NCBI GenBank assembly: GCA_048772705.1
Contig: JBLWGC010000033.1
Coordinates: forward strand, 62,001-126,000
Direction of reading: 5' to 3'
Source: Leidyana gryllorum EB-2025a
Taxonomy: Eukaryota; Protista; Apicomplexa
Length of the DNA stretch: 64,000 bases
Within the stretch, counting starts at the first letter, position 1; every line of letters begins with the position of its first letter. Both the position numbers and the translations under genes were made by a program. Of the stretch, positions 1 to 12,332 are shown one piece after another. Below the pieces are notes generated by a model that did not search any database, was not told the origin of the DNA, and saw only the letters and a list, made by a program, of their open reading frames with translations.

Positions 1-3000
1 TCCACTGTTTCCATTGTGCAGATATCGCTTCTCAACATGAACAGAATAGTGTCCGTTGTCCGCTGTCGAGCCTCTTTGAGCCAGCCGAGAAATACACGAT
101 CCTGGAGTTACAAAGTGGATCGATTGAGCGGTCAAGTCGAGACTCACCTTTTGAAAAATCACCTCCAGTTCGGCTAAAGTGTCAACAATTTCCCGCGGGT
201 TGCGCGAGCCTAACCGAGCCAGACTGTCGAGTATGGCCGTGTACCGTTTATCGCTCTTCAAGTGATGCACTTCGGGAGGCAGCTCTTCGTTGAACAGCAA
301 CGAGTCGAGGACGTCGCGCTGACGAGCTTCAGGAACATCGAGCACCCAACAAAATGACTCCAGGAGTGCCGGGAATGTTATGCTGTACCGCAGAGCCCCA
401 GCGGGAAGTCCTTGGAACGGGCTTAACAACCCTTTCAGGTTGATCAAACAGGTGCACCAACTGTGCATAACCGCCGGATAACGGGAACAACTCGCTGGAT
501 CTGAGTGAAACGCGAGCGCTCTCAGGGCCATTTGAGGATGGCTATATACTCCAGACGGCTGTCGAGGCCAAGATGAGCACAAGCTGCTTTGGCAAAAGTT
601 CACCCGCTCACCCTATTCACCGGCATCAACACCAAATAAGCTTTCTCCATCGGCAGCTTACGCGCTGCACTCTCGGGATCCGTGTTACTCAGAAACGATG
701 TCAGAGTGTGCTGCAAACTCTTCGGCAGGGACACCAACAGGTTGGGACGCGTCAAGAACATTGAAGGGGTGTCATCAGGAACATATCCCAGAAACTCAAG
801 AACTTGTACAGCCTGCGGAGTAGTATATTGTGAAGAGAGAGAGAGAGGGATAGACGGCCGGCTCAATTCGCTCAGGACGCGCTATGTCTCACCTGAAGTG
901 CTCGCTGATGAACTCGTTTGTCCGTGACACACAGCGCATTCAGCAGTGTTGGAGCCAATCGATTTCCAACCTGACCCCTACACTTGAACGACTCCAAAGG
1001 GACCAGCACGGGCAGATCCATTTGACAAAAACTGTACGCCCTGCAGTGGATGGATGTGTCGAAAGGGGGAGTGGGCAAGGAGACGGAGACACGCGTTCAG
1101 CAACGGAGACGGAGACACGCATTCAGCAACGGAGACGGAGACGCCGGGATTCTCCACGACATTAGTGCATGTGTCAGACAGAGAGAGGGGACTTACTCGA
1201 TAACCGAGCTGAGTATTTGAGCCGTATAGATATCTTTATAGACCACCATCGGGAGGTCGAATGACTCCGTATAAGAACTAAAGTGGCACGCTTGATCGGC
1301 TTCCAGGAAGTCATCCAATAGGTCGTCGACCGGTATTTCGGTTCGGTCTGCTTGCAGTGCCCGGACAGCATCCACACAAGAAGCGAGATGATGAGGCAGC
1401 TGATCATCCCATTGCCTCCAGAGACTGGATTCTTGGGCTTGGAAGAGAAAGGACAATGTGCTGGAGAGGTTGCGGTGCCGATTGAACAGGGCTTCTACTG
1501 TCATAACCGCATCATCAGATTCCGGGTGAGAAACTTGATACAAGAGATCCTTGAGCGCATCGGTCGCGATCCGTGGCTGTGTGATTACTTCTTCTTGTAA
1601 CATCTCCATCGCAGAGGGCATTGCCACAATGGGCAGCTTTACTTTGGCCTCTAAAATCGGGTTGAGACGATCAATCTCCGCAGCCAGTCTGAAGGCTCGT
1701 AGTGAAAGAAGCCAGCGTCAATGTCCGAACTTACGGTACGGAGGCTCGTTTGAGGATATCGAGTAGCTTTAGTATATAGAGTCTATGGGCGACGCGATGA
1801 ATATTGAATATATATAGCGCAGCCCCGCCCGGCCGGCACTTACCCGCACAAGTTATTGTCCACACGCAGGAGGACTGGACAAGCGGACCGTCCACCTCGA
1901 CAACGGCTGGTACACATTACAGAGTGTTGTCGAAGAAGTCGCTGAATTGGGGCAGAGAGCTGCAGTGCTCGGCCAAGGACCTCCATGTGGTCGACAACTG
2001 TCATAGACTCAACACGGAACAATCCCGCGGCAGCGCCACGAGCGGTCCCCAGAGGGTCCGTTTCGGCGCTTCTGAGTGAGAGCACCAAATATGCAGCTAA
2101 ATTGGGTACACCGAGTCGAATGTTGACACCGGATTCTTTCACTTCGACGCGAGCCCTCCGGAAGTCCTGCAGATAGGCAAACTGACGCCCATGAAGGTAA
2201 GCCAATGATTCGAAAATCTGTCTGGCTATCCTCGCAGGCATCAACTCGTCCTTCTGTAACAGCTTCGGCAGGTCCGCTGTCAGTAACAAAGGCAAATGTT
2301 CGGAATACTCCATCTGGATGCACACACATAGTTCCCCTTCGCCTCCTTCCTGAGCGTTCGGATCTGACGACTGAGTGGCAAAAAGTCCAGTCTCGGTCGA
2401 CGACAACGAAGCCAAAAACGGCCCTCGCACTGTCTCAACCCACACTGTATGCACCCGATCCACATATGGATGGTCGATCCGAGAGTAGCTTTGCATATCA
2501 ATCGCCAGCCGTGAGGCACACATCTCCACCTTCTGCTGGAAACCAACTGAAATGCCCTCAAGAATAGCCAATTCCCGCACAATACGTTTCACACGGACAA
2601 TGTGAATTGTGTACCGCGCACGATCCACTTTATTCAAGGCGCTCAATGTGACAATATCCGCCACAAATTCCCGATTACGCTCTTCCATCGCAAAGTCCTC
2701 AAAATCCGTCTCTAAACGTCCGGTATCCGACCTCTGCGCAACGAAAACACGACATGAGAAGTAGACGAAAGCTAAGATGACGCGGAAGGGTAGCAGATAG
2801 TACAGCACACACGGAGACAAAGAAGCGAAGAATAAGCACACACTTTGTGGTCGTGTATCACTCACGCGTGAGATGATTCTTGACGTCGGCAGCAAGATCT
2901 GATGGGGCATAGGCACCAGACTCTTTCTGTTATTGGTGCCTTTACGAGCCCTACGTCTGCGCGAAACCATTTTGCGCGCTCCCGTAGCCTCATTAGGTTC

Positions 3001-4266
3001 TTCCTCCATGTTCTGAGAACGCGAGAATGTGAGAGGAGCCAATTGCGACCAGCGATCACTTGATCGCAAACTGCCGATCTATCGTGATCGACCACTCAAT
3101 CTCAGAGATCACCAGGATCGAGACCATGGCCCCACTCACCCTGTCTTTCGCTAATATATATAAATCCAAGGGATTCCGTCGTGGAGACCGGATTCCCCCG
3201 TCCGAATGATAGCTGTATGCCTGTGTGCCGGTGTGCGAGCTGGCGTTGGAGGTGACCGAGGGCGACAGACTGAAACCAAGCGGGCGCATCGGGTCCCAAG
3301 AACTCTGTGGAATATAGCCGAACCTGGAGTTCACATTCAGAGATCCCTCGTCGCCCGCTGCCGGTACTGCCGGTACTCCATTCGGCAGGGCTCCGTCGGC
3401 AGTCGTGGTTTGCAGACGAGCATTTGTGTTGTGCATATCGGCCTCATTCGCGTCGGGAGACAGGTCTTGAAGATCTTGTTGGTGGAATTTAGCTCTCTGC
3501 AGCGCTACTGCAGTCTCCCACGAATCTGGACGGGAGCTCACCTCATCGATCCCTTTGGGCGGTGAGTGAGTTCCATGTTGTTGTTCCTCCACAATAGTGG
3601 ACATCCGTCCTTTAGCCAACAGAGCATCCGAAACCGAGCCTGTGGACCCAATCTTTCGCTCGCTGAACACTTCGCTCCAAAAATCTGAGCGAGAACGCTC
3701 GCGCAAGTCCCGAATTCGATCGACCACCAAGTCACACATCGGACACACTCTCTCCAGGAAGAGGGGATGACTGCAAAGGTTTGTGTGTGTGTGTGTGTTT
3801 ATGTGTGTAGCAAATATGACTTATGTGAGAGTGTTAGGGCATCGGTGGAGCAGTCATACCTGTCTTGAAGTGTCTCTATGCATTTCGTCTTGAGTGACTC
3901 TCGGTCACCATCTCGTAGACGGCAATTGCTGTAAATACGAACGATCGGTGGTTCTGGGGGATACTCGGGAGGGCAGATGACATCGACAAGAAAGCGGGGA
4001 AGTTCCTCATCGATTGAGGGATCTGTGAGCTCGACTTCTTCGTTCCACGGGAAGAGAAGTCGATACTGCAGCAGTTCCTCCAGATTGGATATATTGGGAC
4101 GAGGGGCCAACTCGATTATAGACTCTGAAGGCTTAGGGTCGTGTGGAATAGACCATAATTTACAGCCACAAGCCAAGACCGGTGGTGCCACAACAAGCCC
4201 ATTGTCCTGAATTACTTCGGGTGGCAGCCAGCCAGCGTTAAGAATCCTCAAAGACCCTGGGAACAT
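1..4266 (-). CDS. Multi-exon GCN2/eIF2-alpha-kinase-like protein (RWD domain, degenerate kinase domain, probable HisRS-like remnant); 3' end outside window
   Basis: ORF 3799-4275 has the RWD signature (FLVDVICPPEYPPEPPIVRI), followed by DFWSEVFSER in the next exon. ORF 1840-3069 has eIF2a-kinase-like motifs RLETDFEDF, ALNKVDRARYTIHIV, RIDHPYVDRVHTVWVE, LCVCIQMEYS and IARQIFESLAYLH. Downstream ORF pieces (1193-1627, 600-866) are linked by plausible GT-AG introns, e.g. gtaagt...ttcag near 1733-1688. Exon boundaries are approximate. Confidence 0.7.
1080..1144. repeat. 26-bp tandem repeat (about 2.5 copies), probably intronic
   Basis: gacggagacacgc(g/a)ttcagcaacgga occurs twice, followed by a partial copy. 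Confidence 0.8.
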
Positions 4267-4467
4267 GGCGTCCAAAGTGATGACTTCGCATGCTTGTGTT
4301 TCTGTTCGAAAATGGGGTCGACGGACTCCGACTCAGAAGAGGCCTCACCTTTATTAGTGTGACTGATTCGCTGTTGCCTTTTACCTCCATGTTTGCTCGT
4401 CTTGGTCATTGTTACCTTGTTTTTTGGTCATCACTCAATTACTCTACGATAGTAATTTTGATCAACA

Positions 4468-5444
4468 ATGAGCACTGTTAAGGCCTACTACCAAGTTCTG
4501 GGTCTTCAAGAAGACGCGAAACCAGCGGATATCACTCGCGCTTATCGCTTATTGGCCCTAAAGTATCATCCAGACAAGGTACGTTTATCAGTATAGGATC
4601 GATTGAGGAGGCCCATATCTTCATGGCTGCAGGCAACCAGTCCCGAGTCCAGCGAACGCTTTCTCAAAGTGAAAGAAGCCTATGAAGTGCTCTCCGACCC
4701 TGCCAAACGGAAACGATACGATCGCGGAGGTACGTTCCCATGTGTCTGTCAGCACACCCCCTTTCACACACCCCCACCCCCTTTCACACACCCCCACCCC
4801 CTTTCGCACACCCCTGTCAAACATGACCATTTGTGTCACTGGGTACTTTTGAGACCATCTTGTTGCGGCAGAGGATGACGTGAACGCCCCCGAGTGGGTG
4901 CGGCCAGAGTTTGATCTCGAAGAGCTGGAGACTTTAGCTAGAACATATCCTGGGAGTACTGATGAGTTGGATGATTTGCGAAAGTATTTGATCAGGTGGG
5001 CCACAATCGTGAGCAGAGTGGGCGTGAGAGACTGGATGCAGTGCGAAGGGCGACGTAAAAAACGTATTCGAGTGGATACCGTTCACTGAGCCGGGTGAAG
5101 CGGAGTTGACGAGGTTATGTGAACGAATGGACTCCCTGTTTGAGGGCGAAGGTGGAATGGCAGAGAATTCCGAGTTAGCAGGCTACAGGGCGACATATGA
5201 CGAGTCGAAGGCGAAATTGATCAAATCGTTGCCGCGGCTGAAGCGTATTATGGCTGCCGAACGGAGACGATTCGAGAAGGAACTTGATTCCAAGACAATC
5301 GTGGAGCTCGCCATGAAGATCCAGGAGAATCAGCGTGCTCGCGCCAAAAAGGCTCGCAAACACTTTGAGGCTCTGGCTGATAATAAGTCAACACACTCCT
5401 GGAAGGGGGAGAAAAAGGTCAAAAAAGCTTTGAAACCCCTCTGA
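4468..5444 (+). CDS. DnaJ/Hsp40 protein, DNAJC9-like (spliced)
   Basis: [37 protein letters not shown], then an intron (gtacg...tgcag), then [30 protein letters not shown]. The later [30 protein letters not shown] segment and the Lys-rich tail fit the DNAJC9 pattern. Confidence 0.85.
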
Positions 5445-5690
5445 AGAGAGTGTGTGAGGTCATTGTTTCCTTGTGAATGGGGTGGTGATCGGGTGATCAA
5501 TCGTCCGTCCGTCCGTCCGTCCGTTAGTCAGCAGAGCAGCAGCACAATAGACAGACAGATTGACTGAATGACAGGAGATATCTTTCTTTGCTCTCTCTGT
5601 TTCTATATATATATGAGGGGGTCTCCTCTCTATAATGAGGCGGCATGAACTACAGGCCGCCAGAGGCCGATAGAGTGGTGAATGCACTTA

Positions 5691-8600
5691 TTATATTATT
5701 CGAAGTTGGAGCGCGGCGTTGTCGTTGACATTTTTCTTCACTCTTCCTTTGATCTCGAAGCTTTCTGGTTTGCTCCTGTGAGAGAGAGAGAGAGAGAGTG
5801 AACATAAAAGGGAGTCAAGACTCTCTCACCAGAGGGATCATGAGACTCAGGTCTGGGGGCCCTTTGGCCCTGCCGACTCTGTAAAGACTGCAAGAATTGT
5901 CGTTATTCCTCATGAGTGTGCTTACCCAATCTGTGTTTGAATCCATCTCCATTCGGCGTCATCGAGTACATTGGACTTCCAGCCCGACGGATCTTTCACT
6001 TGGATACAGTCGTCCAGTGCACACCCAAAATCAAGCAACGGCCCCAAGAAACGCTCGGCTTGTGTACTCTCACGATGTTCCAGACAGTATCTCAAAGTCG
6101 AAGTAAATATACGTAGGAAGGGTGTGCGGGTGAGCAGAGCCTCCGCCGTCGTTCCTAGTAGGCTTCTGGCCAACAGCTGTGGGTGGAGACGCAGTTAGTT
6201 TGAGTGGGACGGGACTTACGGCAGTGAGAACTTTGCTGACGCGGAGTCGGGCAATGTCACTTAGTGAGCTGAGTAGAAATAGTTTGGCCAGAGACTGCCA
6301 ATATGACGTCTCTTGGGGTAAGATGGTGTCGGCTCGTGCAGCGACTGCCAGGAGAGCTTGCAGCGCGCAAGTCAGCGCCTCGACGACTGCGGCCGGAAGT
6401 ACTTTGGTGGTGGAAGATCCGTCTCGACTCTTCGGGAAGGCGCCAAGATGGTTCCATTTGATTCCCGCCGACCAGACAATACGATGGATGAATATAATAG
6501 CAGCCGGCGCTGTTATCTGCAACCGGCCCAATACCTGAAAGGAGAAACCCATAAAGGGCCCGAAGGGGGTCTTGGTGGCCGCGGCAGCTAAGTTGGCCAA
6601 TGTCAACAGAGCACAACGAGTCGTGGACAGAGATATCGGCACAGCAGCGAGACTCTTTGAGCATAAGCGACGTAGGCGGCGTCTCTGCTGCTTTGATTTG
6701 GATCGCGAGCGTCCCAATAATGCTGTCGCTGCCCTCTTCTGCGTCTGCAGAGTAGCGCCCGTCTCCTTTGAGCGGAGTTGTGCGTATGACTTGAGGGATT
6801 TATCGACGGGGAGGAACAATATTCGGCCCAAATCCTCACACACCCCGGCCGTTAGGAAGATACGTTGGACCAACAGCGCTTGCGGATGACGCTCGAGGGG
6901 CTGGTTGTGGGCGGGTAGTTCCATAGACATTGCAGTACCGATGAAAATCTGAGGCTGCGCGGCCAATACCAACAGGGAACCGTCCAACAGACGTCGCAGA
7001 AAGTCAGTAATCGCCAGCAACTCGCCTTCTTCTTTCTTATCTGCGCCCGCCAAGTGATGTCGCCGATACACTCTGTAACGACAGTTTATAGAGTCGCCCA
7101 CACGGAGGAGGAGTCGTCGACGCCGTTGGGACATGGCGGGTGGCGGTGGCAGACTGGTTGTTACGGGGCCGGAACTCGGCAGCTGAGCGCCCGTCTTCCC
7201 CCAAGACGGGGACGTACTTCGAGATGAAGAGAGTCTCGAGAGAGAGAAACACCGTCGATTCTGTTTCCATCGAGAGCTATTCCACTCATCACGCCAGGGC
7301 GGTTGCTCCGAATAAGCCCGACGCAGTCGATCACCGCCGCCGCCGCCGCGATTACTCGTGTTACGATAATAACTCTTTCCGACACTCGATGACGCCTTCC
7401 CGCCTTCGCCATCACTTCCTCCAACGTTATCGCCCTCAGAGTTGCATAAAACTGGTGGTTCCTCCGAAGCTATCCGACGCCGTTTGCTCCGTGAGTCTCC
7501 ACGAACCCACAATCCGGGACTCAACGGCTCGTCAATAGACACTGCTGAACTGCTCTCGTCGCCACTCCAACTTTGCCATTCCTGCCGCCGAGTCGACATG
7601 ACAGGCGGCACTCTCATCGCTGGCGGCTCCTCATCCAAACCGGGAACCCGCAACAGAGTATCGACCTGTTTCGCAGCTGTCGTTCCACAGTCCTCCTCCT
7701 CCTCCTCGGCGGCAAAGTCGCGCGGAGGGCTTCTCTCCCCCACCATCAGTCTCTCACCACCGCGACAGAGACTGGCAGCTTTGCTGTTGTTCACCCGCCG
7801 TGGTCGTCTTCTCCGCAAGAGGGCCGCTTGCGGCTTCAGTGGTTTCCGGCGCAACACTGCGTCCACAGCCTGTCGCAAGCTCAAGGCGACCGCTGCGTAA
7901 AAGTTGAGAAGCGTTTGGGGAGGGGCCGACTGAGCCGGCGGCAAGGAGCTTCGAGAAGGGACTTCAACACTGCTGAGCTCAGTCGACGGCAGTGACGCTG
8001 TCGAGTTCATCCTGCGCTGCTCAGGCGGGAAGTACTGACGTTCCAAAGCGTCCACCAACATGCTCGATATCCCGGGAGTCAAAGGGGGATCAGCTCCCAA
8101 CAGAGACAGCAGAACACTCGCGCTGCTCGGATCCGTCACTCTATATAACAATCGGAAGAACGTGCGGGAGGCCACCAGAAATGCCATCAGATTCTGGAAC
8201 AATCAAAGCACAACAACGGCGGAAGACTTACCATTGTGGATAGTTCGGGGCCAACCATTGCCAGCATTTCGATCATTTTGATCAAATGCGGCATGTGGGG
8301 CTGATACTCTCTCCGTTCGTGTAAGGCATTGAGCAGATGGCAGACTGCGCAGAGAATTTCGGGTTGAAACTCAATGTTGTGTGGGAGAACTCACTGAGAG
8401 AGGTTCGATGCGCGTCTATGAAGTTCGCAACACGATTTAAAGCTGCATCGCCGGTGATGAGGGGACCCGTGGGAGACAGTCGGGGTACAGTGGGCCACAA
8501 TTTGACGGGAAGATGGGTGATGAAGGTGGCAGCGCAGCTGACGGGTCGGCAATTTGCCAACCCAACGTGCTGACTCAGTAACGACATTGCCATTGTCTCA

Positions 8601-9479
8601 TAGACCAGATAGGATCTTCGAATTTGTACCTCTAAGGGCACGAGCTGCGAACGAAAGTAGGGGGAGACACACACCACACACACGCACCGTGTAATAGCTC
8701 CCTCGGCGTCTGGTTATCACGGCTGCAAGCTCATGTGCTACCGACATACCACTGACCATTCGGTCTCGGCCCAGGTGAGTATCCTCGCACTCAATTGAGG
8801 AAAGGAGATGGGCAAGGTGGAAGATGAAGGGGACCCCTGGAGGGTTGAGAGTAGAGGAGGCCGCGGCATTGGGGTCATCAAAGCTCGTCGGGAGGGCTCG
8901 GTCGAGCAGAGCTGTGATCTGTTCCGGGAGCCGTTTGGGCGGCTGGCGCTGATTGTTGACATTATTGGTATTCTCGAGTGAGAACGGCAGACTTGGGCGA
9001 GTGTTGTTGGTGTTGTTGTTGGCGGCATTGGCGGCGTCAATGCCTGGATTTGCGTTTGGGGACGCTGCTGTGGGGGCGGCGGGCGTATTTTCAACAGTTG
9101 CGTTGGCCGAGGCGGTACGCGGAGCCAAAGGGCTGCTGGCTGGGTGCCAGGAGGGGATCAATGAGGTTCGGGGGGGGAGAGAGGGCGGTTTCGCAACCCT
9201 CTTAGCTGCTGCAGTTGAATTCAGAGCTGTTGGGGGGCCATTGAAGGGGGGAGCGAATGGATATTGGGTGAGCAGTTGCTTGGTCCGTTTGAGGCGGAGG
9301 TCAGAGGGCGGAGGGGGTTGTTTGGGTGGTGGCGCCAATGGATTCAAGCTGTAAGGATTGAGGGTAAACGGAACAACGCGATTACTGTTGCCGCCCTCCT
9401 CCGGCGACGTAGAGTGAACAGTGAAACCCGAACTGCTGTGGGGAGGAGATGGACGACTCTCACTCCAAATGCCTGTCAT
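5691..9479 (-). CDS. Multi-exon hypothetical protein, Pro/Ser/Arg-rich low complexity
   Basis: Consecutive minus-strand ORFs 8598-9527, 8282-8683, 6070-8202 and 5922-6173 are separated by GT-AG intron-like gaps. First in-frame ATG is at 9479. No recognised domain; 3' end approximate. Confidence 0.55.
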
Positions 9480-9534
9480 CACCGACCAACGCCTCTCATT
9501 CCTGCGCCACCGTGGGCCAAAAAACACTCACTCC

Positions 9535-12212
9535 ATGTTTTCTCAACTGCTGGGGCGGATAGGATGGTCAGACCTCCCTAGTTCATTCGGGTATAATGTC
9601 AAGGACTCACTCGACCCCTTACCCCTGAGTCTTTTCAAACTCCACCACGGCGAGTCCAAAGCAGATAAACGGCCCGTCACCATCTTTATCCATGACAAGA
9701 GAAACACCACCCCGTGAGACAGACACCCCGTCGCTCACCAACAACAGCGCTCCCCATCTCAGAGCGGCCACCTCCCTCGCAGAAGAAGCCATGCGGAGAG
9801 CTAAACGGATAAGGCATCCCTCCTTTGTTAATGTTCACGAGGTACACTCGCCCTTCACCCACTCCCCCCAGACCGCATCAGTTATCTCCTTAGGCCGTCT
9901 CCACACCCTCCGGGGTCTATATAGTCACCAGCGAAGTAATGTCCCTCCACTCGCATCTCTCGGCTGACAAGTCCAACAGAGGTGAGACGAGGATCGTCTC
10001 TCTCCCCTCCCTAAACGCTACCAATCGTCCCAGAGCTGCACAAAGGTACCCTTCCGTGGAACCTCAAGTCGATTGCCGAAGGGTTGGGCTTCCTCCATCG
10101 CGATGTCAAAGCTATATTGGGATCGATTAATCCCTTCAACGTCTTTGTTGCCCCCTCGGGTCAATGGTATCTTGGCGGTTTCGAGCTTTGTGTTGAGGCC
10201 TCAGACGTTGGCGGCTCCTTCACAGTACGGGAGTGGTGTAGACAATATCTCCAATGGCAAAAGACTCTCGACCGCTCTTCTCTCCTCGCTGATTATGACA
10301 AATACTTTCCCGCTGCCACCATCTCCGACGACTCTGCCTCGGCCTTTGCGGTCGACAGGTGAGTGAGGGGGCGGGCCCCCCTTGAAAAACCGCTTTCGCC
10401 TCACTAAAACGTTATTAGGTGTGCCTTTGCCTATCTGTCCGCCTGGGCTGTCCAAATCTCCCGTACTCAAAAGATCGTCGACTCCTACGCGTTCGAGCCC
10501 AACAGCCGGTCCATGGACGCCGGACTCTTGCGTCTCTGCAAGGTGAGTGTGAGTGGGACTTGACAATGGTCGGGGCACCCTGACCGTTGTGCCCCAACTT
10601 GCGTCGCTCCACTCCTCTTTGTTCAGAAAATGGTGGACGAGAGCACGTTCCACACAGGAGTGTTTGACTGGAACAGTTTGACTACTCGACTGTCGTATTT
10701 CTCCGAGGCACCGGTGGTTCAGGTTATGGATTTCATGACGAGATTGGCGTTGAAGGGCAATTGGGACAAAGAGATCTTCTTTGAAAAGACCCTTCCGTCG
10801 TTACTCGAGAATCCTGTGATCACATCGAGTATCCAAACGCACTTAATTCTGCCGTATATTGTGTCAGAGATTGAGAATGCAGCGACCCCTCCGTCTCTGC
10901 AGCCTCTGCTGATACGTCTGTTTATCCAGATGCTTCCTTTGATATCGAGTCAAGAGCAGTTCAGTCGGGTTGCGGAACAGGCGTTCATCAATTTGATGAA
11001 GTCTAATGAGAGGGCAACGCGTTATCAATTGCTTCAGGGTCTGTCTGGATATCACCAATACATTACGGATCAAACCGGTCACGAGCTGTTTCTGCCCATA
11101 TTGGCTGGACTCTCAGATTCGTCTCCCGAACTGCGGGATGTTACACTGCGGGCAATGTTGGTGTTTATGCCAAAAATTGCTGGTCAACGATCGGCATTCG
11201 ATAAAGTTGTGCGGACAATGCAAGGATTACTGCGAAACGATCCCGCGCCCCAAATTCGGACTAATGCGGTTATATGTTTCGCCAAATTGGTACCGCTGAT
11301 CAGTACCAATCTGGTGTTGAGCTCCATCGCACCCAACTTTTTGGTCGGACTGCAAGACAACTTTGCACCATGCCGTCTCGCGGCACTGCAAGGAATCAGC
11401 ACTGTCACCAATTTCATGACACCCGATTTTATCGCCAGATCGGTACTTCCGGTACTCTGCCCAGTCCTCCTGGACACTGATAATGAGGTGAGTCTCGCAC
11501 TTTGTCTCTCCCAATCAAAGGTGAACAGTGTAAGACATTGGCCTTCTCGACTCTCGAGTTTCTGGTAATGTATCTCAAAACCCACGACCCGGAGAGCTCA
11601 AAGCCCCCCCAGTCAATGGCTGCCGGAACCGCGGCGGGCTCGATACCATCGGCGGCAATGTCACTGTTGAGGATGACCCCCTGGGGATCTAACAACGCAG
11701 CCTCTCAGCAGGAGGGCTCCTCTATTCCTCCCCCGCCCCCGGCTCTGGACGGCGGTTTGTCCGACGACGGCGCCTGCAGCGCACTGAGTCATCAGAGTTG
11801 GAGAAAAGAAGATCCGCTCGACGACAATCACTATTTGGAGGACGACGACGCTGCTGTCGTCGATAACGCCTGGGAAGAGGATGACGTCCTGGACACATTC
11901 GGTGTCCCCCTTAAGCAGGAGCCCCCACAACAACAACGCCCCCCCCAACAAAAGTTCGACTTTGCTGCTGCTGCTGCTCCCCCGCCTCCCAGTCAACGCC
12001 CAACACACGCCGCGGGAGTAATAATGCAGACGAGCGCTTCTCAGCCTGTGATGATGACTCCGCCAGTTGATGTGGGCGAGGGTACCCAGATGGATGATGA
12101 TGAGTTTTGGGCCAAGTTTAATAAATCTGACAAGACGGTCGACTCACACTCCGCCCCAAAGCCCAAAAAGTCTCTCGCTATGACACTCAAAAAGAAAAGC
12201 AAAGCAGTCTGA
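9535..12212 (+). CDS. SCY1-like pseudokinase with HEAT repeats (SCYL1/Cex1 family), spliced
   Basis: Motifs KRPVTIFIHDK, RAKRIRHPSFVNV and GLGFLHRDVKAILGSINPFNVFVAPSGQWYLGGFE. HEAT repeats LMKSNERATRYQLL, GLSDSSPELRDVTLRAM, NDPAPQIRTNAVICFAKL, GLQDNFAPCRLAAL. Acidic/Pro-rich tail. Confidence 0.88.
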
Positions 12213-12332
12213 GCTTAGAGAGAGAGAGAAAGAAGAATACTTCTTCATCTTAACTCGTAGTCCGAATATTTCCTCCAAATGGTATCGACTTTGAAAATTC
12301 GTCGCACCGAAATCTCATCACTCCTCCGCTAA

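Noticed and set aside
3781-5800. (GT)n and (GA)n microsatellites (about 3783 and 5780; also about 833 and 12217)
   Set aside because: Short simple repeats in introns or intergenic DNA; ordinary.
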